Source of the DNA: Octopus sinensis
Taxonomy: Eukaryota
Assembly: GCF_006345805.1 (NCBI RefSeq)
Contig: NC_043011.1
Span: forward strand, 53,580,464-53,644,463
Direction of reading: 5' to 3'
DNA length: 64,000 bases
This document shows positions 11,701-22,992 of this stretch, in pieces. The notes under the pieces are model-generated. The model saw nothing but the letters and a program-made list of their open reading frames with translations, did not search any database and was not told the DNA's origin. The translations under genes and the position numbers were made by a program. The stretch's first letter is position 1, and the number at the start of each line of letters is the position of its first letter.

Positions 11701-14700
11701 TAACGTAGTGTTTGTGATTCTGTCAATTGACCTTGCAAAGCGTTTGGAGTAGTTTCGAGTTGTTTCCCTTATATTTTTCAAAAGGCATGGTCAGGCCCGA
11801 GCAATTTTCTCTCTCTAAAAAACCAACATTCAGGACAGTCCCAAATTTACACCCTGTGGATTTCACTAGATTTCAATCAAAATAAAAGTCTAAATTCTCT
11901 GGCTACATGACATCCGGAAGTGTGGGGTGGTAGTTAAACATGGCTCGTCTTTACGTCACTCTGCTTTAATTTAAAACTCTTCTTAATCATTTCTGAGTAA
12001 TTATTTATAAAGTTTTTTTTAAAAATAACTTTATATGATTCGATCAATTTAGATTTATAAAATATACAGATTTACTGTGTCATAAGTAATATCTAAAATC
12101 TGGCTTTGACAATACAAGTTGCTGTATAGAGATATGGTAAGGTGGTGGTGGTGGCGATGGTTGTTTGTGTGTCATCGAAATGGTTGCATCTGTTTACTAT
12201 TTTATATAATAATTGTTTATTTTAATAAAGCTTTTGGAACCTGACTGTTTTGATTCGCTGTACAATTAAGATTTTTAATTGTTACGTTTTACGTGTTCGA
12301 AACTGGTTGTCTCCCTTGTTTGGAGTTGGTATCGTTTCCTCTCTTGGTTTCGCTTGTTTCCTTTTGGTCAGTTTATTGTCAATGACTTACCACACTATAT
12401 TACTATTCATCTAGTTTGGCTTGGTAAGGATCGCTGTATTTTTTATTTCAATGGATATATAATAGACTCTTGTTAATTTCTTTCGCTTTCATCCCAAGAT
12501 AATTGTGTGTGTGTGTCCTTATTACCAGCAAATTATACTACATATAGTCGGACATGCCCATTTAAACCATTGTTGCGGAGATCACATGATGATTGGAGCT
12601 GTGCAAGCTACTTCACATAGCAATTTTATACAGCATTCTAACAATTTGTAAATAAATATCACCACTATTAGATATCGTCAATATATCAGATAATTGCTAT
12701 GCAGTCCAGTTGTGTTTTTGATTTTTACTTGTCAATATTTCTTAACAGTTAAAAACTCCAAAGTGAGAAATATTTGCTTTCACACACAGGGCTTAGCGTG
12801 AATAAAATGTATGAAGATTGTTTGAACTCGGTGCTTTTTGGTGATAACCTAGATAGACAGGGCTTGTGTTTTTGTTTATGTAGCTAATGTAAATTGTTAA
12901 TTACCTATTTGGCTTCGCAACTGTGTCTTTCTTTCTTGTTTTGTGTTACTTAAGATAAAAAAAAAAAACAGAATTTACATTGAAGCTAGCGATATTTTTA
13001 ATAGCGTGTTGTCAAATACTTATATAGCCAGTCTTAGAAGAGGCTTTCTAGTTATTGGTGCTAATGTAATAAAGAAAAATTACTATAGACTTATGGAAAT
13101 TTCCTATCTTTTGAATATCTGAGTGCTTTTCTATGTGACCTAAGAAGAGAATTCCATTATTCATTAAAATAATTTAGAAGAATGTTCATTATTCCGTACT
13201 TGTAACTCTACTTATTTACATCAATAAAACATTTGTGTCTTTACAATTATCGTTATATCTTCAAAGTTCTATTCTTGCTTGTCTCTTGAATGCCGTTTGG
13301 TTCCTTTAGCGACTGTAGACTATATTACACAGTGTATAGAGGTCTTGAATATCCCTCTTGCTAGCCAACATCTTAGTTGTTTTGCCCTGTTGACTCGGGG
13401 GTGTGTATCGCAGTAGCATTTTGGTTTGTCCAAATTCTCTGATGTCAGTATTGATATCGCATTTTCTCTCTTCTTTTTTGATTTGCTTCCTTTGACTAGT
13501 GACACCTGCATATTGTGAGGGCAAATGTGTACAAGTTAGTATCTAATGTTGTATATTGTGTTCATAGCCATTTGCAAGAGTTTAGTTTTACCTTGCAAAA
13601 AAAAAAAAAAATGTCTTTCCTGTCCATGAATTAGTTCGGTCTATAAAGCAGATTCATGTTAAAAACCAACAACCATAATAGTAATTGTAACACGAAAACA
13701 ACATGGCATATTGTCTGAAATGTTAACATTTAGTAGATGTGAGTCTTTATTAAAAAATTGAGTTGAATATACATTTCATGTTTCTAGTTTTACTCTTACA
13801 GTTATCTCTAAGTTGTTTTTCAATCTAAATTTAATATCAATAAAATACCAATTGCAGTTGGAACTCTGAAGAGTATATATAATGTTTTGCTTTAGCTCTT
13901 TATCTATTTTATACATATTGTAGACGACCTGGTATTTTGTTTCGCTTTCACAATTAATATAAAGAGTTTAGTATATCCTATGAATGGTCTTCAGTATTTG
14001 AAACTTACATAATTTAAGAATAAAATGTTTTGGTGCAATTCAAAATTTATCATCTTTGTTTGTTCTAATAGATGCCATTTATTTTTTTTGTTGCAGGGAG
14101 GTGGAAATATGAATGAAATGCCACAACAAAGACGAGCCTCAGGTATTCCTAATTTTCCTCAACAGACATCTCAATATAACAATCAACAATTTTCACCTAA
14201 TTCCCAACGTTACATGATGGGAACCGGACAGGTTCGTTCAGGACAAATGAGCCAGCCCTATGGACAACAGGTAAGTTTTCGTTCAGTGCAGATGATTATG
14301 GAAATTACCTGCTTCTCTACTTGAAACTTCCCAATCTAAATAAATGAAAACGGAAAAATTTAATTGGTCTTTAATAGTTTTTTAAATATAGATTTCAGTA
14401 AGCGAAATACATTTAGCTCCAAAGAAAGGGAGACTCGTTTAGTGTGCATATACCGTACCTAGTTTAATTCATGACCAGTATGTTGAGATACGGATAATTT
14501 TTATGTTTAAAATTTTATTTTTCTAGCATCAAGGTGACTTGTTCAGTTATAAACCTGGTAAACCACGAATGGTTGATGTTAACAAGGTAATATTTTTATA
14601 CCTATCAACTTAGTTACATATTATTTTAAAATTTTAGTTCATATTTTTCGTAGCTGTTTTAGTTTTTAATTATTATTTTTTTGAAAATTACTATTCGAAA

Positions 14701-16407
14701 TAAAAGAATATATTCTATTTTAATTTCTGAAAACTGGTCCATGGTTTATTGAAGTGGGTGAAACATCAATTTCATTTCATTTTGCTTAGCAATAGGTTTA
14801 TGAAGGTTAACGTTATTATTTGAATAATCCTTAAGGCAGTGAGTGGGCAAAATACCTTGTTGTATTTAGTTACACCCCTTTACTCTCTGAGTTGAAGTTT
14901 TGCTAATGTTGGTTCTGCCTATCATTGTTCTAGGTTGATTAAAGAAGTACCTGATAAGTGCTTGCATTGACTATACACTCCCTCGAAATCTATAGATTTG
15001 AACCCATGTTAGAAATCCTTATTAATTGTAGGTGACATTGCTAATGTTTGATCTGTGTAGGCTGTTAAACAACCGCTATTATTTTTAAATAGTTGTCGGC
15101 TATTTCTTTCTGGGATCAGTAGAATTAGAATTGACCAACACCTTTCAATCACAGACATTTATTACCGAACAACCACAGTTGCACTTCGAGTTTAGAAGAG
15201 TGTAAATGTTATTGCTATTAAGCATAACACCAGTAAAACTAAAAACTAAGTTTCAAATGGTGTGATGGTGCTCTCAATGGTATATAATCATAAAAATAGT
15301 AGCAGTCAAATTTAGATTTTTTTTCGACATCTACCATCATCAGGTTTCATTCAATTTATAGCTTACAGATATTTATTTTAAATTCTTAAGTTTAAATTAT
15401 TGCTCTAAAAGTGTAGGAAATTTTTGCAACTAAATGTATTTGGATTAAGGCGAAGATATTAAATTGTTTCAAATGTTTTTCATCATGGAAAAATTAAAGA
15501 AGGTATTTGTAAATAATATTCTAGTGACTGAGACTCAGGAATCAGTATTATTATTGAAGGCTAATATTTGTGTTTTTAGTGTAGCTACAGTTTGAAGACT
15601 TATTGATTTCTTTTGTCTTGAAGCTATTTTCTCTTGATCTGGTTTAAATTTCATTTAAATTTTTAATGATAGCCTCACCAACAATCTACAATATTATTTC
15701 TTGTTAAAGTGGAATACCATTTCTTCTTCATTATTATTTTATCAGTAGAGAGACTTGTATACTGTGCTTAGCAACAGAACTGGCGTGCTCATGCTTGTAG
15801 GAGCAATCTGACACTGCTTGGTAAAAGTCATATTTACATGAAAACATTCACTATTTGACATCGTTTTCTTAAATTATGATTCCCTCCTCCTCCTCTTTTT
15901 ACTCCCACAATATATTCACTTGCCAGATTTATAAGTAATTTTGTGTATATATATATATATATACACATACACACCCACACATACAGGTACACACACACAC
16001 ATAGCTTCATATTTGTATCTTAAGATAACATTTTGTCCACTCATCATTGAAGTTTCTTGTTGAAAAATATGGTAAACTTTCTTTTGTCAGCTTCAGTATA
16101 CTTTGTAGATTGTTTCCTAATTATACCTTGACTACTCCATTGTGTCAGAATATCAGAAACCACTACATTAGCACATTTCTTGATAGTTTCTGTGTTAGAT
16201 ACTGACAAAATTGTTAGTTTTGTAGCTAAACTAAGCAAGAGTAATGTACCTTGTCTGGAGATGTTCAGTGAAAGCTGTAACGCAGAGTAAACTTTGCAGG
16301 TTTTTGGTATACAGATAAGAGTGTTCTGTTGAATGTAGTTTACCCTAAGAAAAATTAATTCTTTATTCATGTAGTAGTCAGCTAATGCCTCATTACTGTT
16401 TGACTAT

Positions 16408-16444
<37 letters not shown>

Positions 16445-16870
16445 TGTGTAGAGTAAGAATAGTTAATAGCTCTATCATGACTACTGTATAGTGTTTCTAC
16501 ACTGTAAGTCCAGTTATTGGTAAGATGGAAGGGCAAGTTTTCTTTTAAATTGTTTTGGTTGAAATCTTACTTCAAAACTAAATTTATATATTATTTTCTT
16601 AGTTAATTGCATTGATTAAATAAGAGTTGATAGATTGTTTCATTGGTTTTTTTTGTGTTCGTTTCATTGTAGATACCTGGTCAATTTGTTCCTAATCAGA
16701 TGGTCTTCAACCAATCAATGGCTGTTTCACAACAAGTGGTGCATCAACAACAACCTACACCACAACAACCACCACAGCCTCCAGGGCCCTCTCCACCAAG
16801 ACATTCTCCACAAGCTCCACTAGCCACTCCACCAACATCAACTCAACAGCAACAACAACAACAACAACAA

Positions 16871-16914
<44 letters not shown>

Positions 16915-19900
16915 ACAACCAACGTCCCAGTCCCAACCGTCCCCTCAATCACAACAGCAACAAAGTTCACATACTCCTCAACCATCCCCACTTCAGAATC
17001 AGTCTCCTCAGCATAATCAGCAAAACAGTCCTCAGGTTGGTTTTTTTCCTCTCCTCTTCAAAATGCAGTGATCGTTGCTCATTGTTATCTACACAGCCAC
17101 AGTTGATTATGATGATAATGGTAGGCAGATGGCCAAATGAAGGGTTGTCTGTTCACATTTTCATTATTTAGTGTTGTGCTGTGTCTGTGGCTTGCTCAAA
17201 AGTTCCCGGCTTTGAGTAAAAGGAGGATCATTTAATTGTGATTTTTTTCAGCATATTCACTTCTCAGATTCACAAACTTAATGCAATGGCCCTTCAGATT
17301 TTTTTAAGCCCTGTAAAAGAACTCGGAAAGTTGGGCCTCTGAACAGGCCTTTTGTGATACCCTTAAAACCAGGAATTTTCAGCCCCCAAATTTATACTTG
17401 TTTCTGTTAACAGTTGACCATAGATGAGGCAATATCAGTAATATATTCACCTAGACTAGAATCTTTAGCTTTCTCACTCTGACCGCTAGTTGTGTGTAGG
17501 GCTATGTGTGTTAGTGGTGTGTAACAATTTATCTTCCATTCAATTTATGGACTGCTTGTTGGATATTTGTTATTTTGGATCAGGCACATGGTAATGATTA
17601 TAGAAGCTCATGAAACCTTTGACTTCTCAATTTCTCTTCTCCATAAAGGTAACAAGCAAGACTAGATGCTGATAAGTTATAGCTCCTCCATATTCATGAA
17701 ATTTCACCGGTAGTTCATTAAAAGTCTAAATTAAAGGTGGACTAGTGATCTTGTATGCCAATGCAGGTCATATCTTTACTTGCCAGTGAAGTCATGTTGA
17801 ACAAATTGCTAATGTCTATCGAGGCAATGTTATTGAATTTAAGCAATTATTCATTGGTCTTCATCTGTAATGTGGCCATCGAAATGTAGCATTCCTGATC
17901 TTTACTTAATATCTTTAGGCTGCAGCCATGCTGGGGCACTGCTGTGAAGAATTTTTAGTTGGATGAATCCACCCAAATACTTATTTTTTTAAATCCTGGT
18001 ACTTATTCTATCGGTCTCTTTTGCCAAACTGCTAAGTTACAGAGACTTCTATGCATCAGCACAGATTTGTCAAGTATTGATTTACAAGCACAAATAAACG
18101 TCCACCCACACACACACATACATATACATATGTCAGGCTTCTTTCAGTTTCTGTCTACCAAATTCACTCTCAAGGCTTGGTCTACCAAATTCACTCCCAA
18201 AGCTTGGTTGGCCCCAAGGCAATAGTAGAAGGCACTTGCCCAAGTGCCACGCAGTGGAACTGAACCCAGGATCATGTGGTTGGTAAGCAAGCTTCTTACC
18301 ATATAGCCACGGCATTATTCATTTTGTCTGTGCTATAAAATTCCACAGATAGCAAGAAACTTAGAAGCATTGAGTTTATTAGCTGTAAAATATAATTAAT
18401 CAAATTTGATTGCAAAATTCTTTTTATAGTCCACTCTTTAAAAAGTCACTCCAATATATACTGTGATTTTATTAGTTGCATACATGAAATATTTAACCCC
18501 TTAGCATTCAAATTGACCATATTTGGTCTTTGCTATCGACTCTATAATGTCATTCTAAAAATAAACAATCAGATTATCAAAATCTCAACGCTACAAGATA
18601 ATGCAGGATCAAATTGAAAGCAATATAAATAAATAAGCATCACATTTGAAGAGTAATCTGAATGTTACAGGTTCAAATGTACAAAGGGGTACTGAAAAAT
18701 TCCTGGCTCGAAAGGTATTGCAAATGGGCAGAGCTGTTGCCTTTACAGGGGAGATAGGACAACTATTTAGATGCTCAAAATATTATGATGGTATACAATA
18801 TCTCTCTCCTTTTTTGTAGATTTGTTGCATGATGGCAGCTCCTGCAATAGAGTTTGATATATAATTGGAGCATGGGTGGTCATGAAATCTCTCTTTTTGC
18901 AAGGTAAAGGAGTGGCAAGATGTAAGAAGTCTTGAAGGATGGTTACCCATCTTACTCCACAGTGAAAATCTGGGTGTCAAGACTTTGAACTCAAGTTCTT
19001 GTTATAGGGCTTAGTAAACAAGTGATCCCTGCTCAGGACGGCCAACCTTTGTGACAACAGAGAATGAAGCCAGTGCTGTGCATGTCATTCTCAAGGACCA
19101 CTGGATTTCAGCTAAAGTCATTGCTGAGACTTTGGGGCTTTTCCCACAAAGGAGTTGGTCACATCACCCACAACATTCGGGACATGAGAAAGCTTTCCAC
19201 AAAGTGGGTTCCGGAATTCTTGAACACAGACCAGAAGTGCATCAGAGTGACAACATCAAAGGCAATTTTAGACCGGTTAGCAGCAGGAGAGGCTGATTCT
19301 ATGGTTTGTTAAGTCACCATGGTGATACTTGGCTTCATTATAATGATCCCTGACCAAGCAGCAATCAATGAAGTGGCATCGCTGCAGTTCATTGTGTCCC
19401 AAGTTTTGGTGCCAGAAGTCAGCTGGAAAGATTCTGGCCCCCAGTATTCTGGGACAAAGATTACTCATTGTAAAATACCTGTCAAAGAGTCGCACCATCA
19501 ATGCAGAATACTACATGTCTCTGTTGGATGAAGCAGTAACACCGTGAAAAGCTGAGCCATGGTGTCCTGCACCAGTGCACACAGCATATGAAACTCTACA
19601 GAAACTATGCGACTTTGGCTTCAAATTGGTAGACCTCCCACCTTACTCTCTTGACTTTGACCCCCTCTGACCGTCACCTCCTTCCTGAAGAAACATTTCA
19701 AGGGAATGAAATTTCACTCCCAATTTGGAAGTGAACGTTGCTACAGAAGCCTGATTGGAGTCCCAACCTTCTGAGTTTTTTGTTATAGGGCTTAGAAAAC
19801 CTGAAGGGCTAGTGCAATAAGCGTGTGAATTTGAGTGGGGAATATGTTGAATAAAATCATAATTGATTCGGTAAAAAATACAGGAGGATCGCCTGTATTT

Positions 19901-22900
19901 TCTTTTACTGAAAGCCAGGAAGTTTTCAGCATCCTCTTGTATTCAACACGGTCATTAAAAAGATGCTCTATTGATAACATGAAAAAAAATTTTTTTTTGT
20001 AATAACTAAATAGCTAGCCACCATTGTTAGCCTGTTACCAGTAACTGCATGTTTATTATTACATGCAAAGAAACCCAACAAAGTCTCAGATAACTAAAGT
20101 TTAACCACAACCAAAGGCCGTATCCTATCCATAACGGTCAAAATTTTCCATAAATTTGTGTAACAATAATTTCAGCTCAACCTATTATTAATTGAGAAAT
20201 GAAAACTTTTACAATTTTTGTGATCTTCATCGTCAGATTATCATTTGTTTGACAGTGAAATTTTCTTAATTGTGAGAAAAATATTGTGTTTTAGAGCAAT
20301 GTAGAGGTAGACTAACAGAGTTAATAAAGGTGACAACAGTGGCTTTGTTTAGTTTTAGTTTACCTGTGCAAGGAATTAATTTAAAGAGCCAATAACTTCT
20401 GTATGTAATTTAGTTATTTGAAAAATCTAAACTTTTAACATCCGTTGCAGATGTAGCCTTTCTTGTTATATTTTGAACTAAAATTGTGCTTTAATTAAAT
20501 TTTAAAATGATTGTGAATTTACACTGGTTTCATAAAATAATTAGTCATTTTGTTTCAGAACTATTGTAGTTTACAGGTAGAATGTGAAATATCAGTAATT
20601 TAGATATTATCATATAAAATGAGTTACTAATATATATCTGTGGTTTATAGTCAGCCATAAAGTGGATCTTCAGTCATGTCTAATTGGGTTTGGTTCTTTT
20701 GAAAATTTAGAAGAGAAATATTTTAAAATTACCCAAGAAGAAATAAAAGGGTTGATTCAGAGAAAAGTATCTACAAAATATTCAGAAAACTATTTATACT
20801 GTAAAATTGTCTGTGTGCAGCAGATGCATAGGGAAATCTTGGCTTATCACTTATGTTGTAATGATATTTACGTTTGATAGATTTAAATACGAATAGGTAA
20901 ATGTGAGTGGTCACTGGCGCTTTGGTATTTTATGATGTTGGCTAAATGGTGGGTTATTAAGGAAAGTGGAGTCAAGACATTTCAGGAAAATGTAACTTCA
21001 CTTAATGAAACATAGGTTGGTTCAATTTATCAAAGGATATTGGAAGGAGATGATTGAAAATACCACAAATGAACATAATGAATGTTGTGATGTTGTTCTA
21101 TAGTTATTTCTAATAACAAGAACAAAGAATGGTTTGCCTTTCTGAAATGCATTGGCTTGATTTCTTAAGGTACCCAACCTCTATGAATGGAAATTTACTC
21201 TATTAAAGATGTTTATGCAATAGCTACATATTTCTGTTAATTATTATAAAGTTACCATAAGGCAGTGAGCTGGTCAGAATTGTTAGCATGCCAGACAGTG
21301 CTTTAGTGACATTTTGTCCATCTTCGGAGTTCAAATTCCACCGAGATTGACTTTACCTTTCATCCTTTCAGTGAGGTTGATAAAATACCTGTCAAGTACC
21401 AAAGTTAGTGTAATCGATTTCCCCTTCCCTTCAAAATCCCTTCTGGCTCTGCCAGAATTTCTAACCTTTATTATATAATCAACTTAAATTTATTCCTTGC
21501 AGAATGTAACTCGCTCTCATGGTAAAAAAAGCAATGATGACGGTGAAGGAATGGTGAGTTTACATTCCAACATTTTCTGCTTGACTCTAAATAAAAAAGC
21601 ATGACATTTATAGTTGGTTAACTTCATTAATTTTGTTATGCCATGTTATTAATTATGCACTAGAGACATTCATAAAAACCACAAGCACACATTTATTTTG
21701 ACCATATATCATCACATAAAATTTTCTACGTTCTTATGGAATTTTTACTTCTTTGCAAACTTACTTCCAATGGAATACATAAGAAAACTATAATTGGTAT
21801 ATTTAACTGTTTGGGTCAATGTTGACATTAGTTCTTAAAATATTTTACTTAGTTGGGTTGTAAATAAGAAGGAAAAAAGCAAAAAAAAGTATATAAAACT
21901 AGAAATGGCATTGTTAAATGGACTGAAAAATTGCTGATAATTTTCTCTTATTTTTTTAAAAACTTTTTAATTCCTTTTCTGAGTTCATTGGCTAATACGA
22001 GTCCATTATTCATATTTTGTTGAAAGCTTAAGGGTTTTTCCCCTGCCCCTTTTAATTCTTTTGAGTAAGTGTTGGTATTTTGAATTTCTTTACTTTCATT
22101 CAAATTGTTCACTTTATGCAAATAGCTTCCATTCTAGTTCCTTATTTTGAAAACCGATTGCAGAAAACTAAATGGAATTTTGACAATGCCTTTTCTGAGA
22201 TTTCATATATTCTTTTGAGATTTCCTAATCTATAAGTTTTATTTTTGAAGTTAACAACTTAGTTGTGTAATTTTGTTTTGGTTTATTTGTTCTGTGTAAA
22301 TTTCTTGTCTGTGACCAGTTTAGATTTTGCATATCTGAATGTTTTATGAAATCTCAATTTGTAATTGTTCTTTTAAATATTTTATATTATTTTCTTATTT
22401 GAGAATTTAGGTAGATCTTTATCTGTTAGATGTTTTGTAAAATTTATTATCTTTGGGATAGATATATTTCAAATGTAGAAGACATTGGTATTCTGGCTTC
22501 GTATCGTTTTGGCTGTTTGCAATATATATACTGATATTTATCAGAATCTAAGAAATTCTTCTTCTTCTTCTTGTTATTGTATCCACTACGGTGTCGTTCT
22601 CAGAAAAAGAAAACTCAGCCAGTTGTTTTTGTGGGAAACAAGGTAAGTGAGTGTTTTACACTCGAATTCAAGTCTGGCATCTGTATCTTATGGCTGTTCT
22701 GTATTTATGGGCTTTTTTTTTTTTTTACATACTTTTATTGAGAATATCATTTGCATCAATTTAATTTCTCTAAACTTGTAAAATTTAATGGAAAATGGAA
22801 TTTTTGAGTCAATTCATGGAAGTTTTTATTGCCATCAATACTTAAAACACATTTCAATTTACACCCTAAGTGGAGCTAATCCCTTCTTACAAATGCTAAT

Positions 22901-22960
22901 TGTGTGTGTGTGTATTATATATATGTATATATTTAAATATATATATATGTATATATTTAG

Positions 22961-22992
<32 letters not shown>

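Noticed and set aside
15311-15345. Minus-strand CTGATGA...CGAAA resembling a second hammerhead
   Set aside because: No convincing stem II, stem III or stem I pairing.
20559-20576. 18-nt in-frame candidate microexon (NYCSLQ), tttgtttcag|...CAG|gtagaa
   Set aside because: The donor is weak (gtagaa) and such matches are expected by chance in AT-rich introns. Worth including only in a read-level scan.
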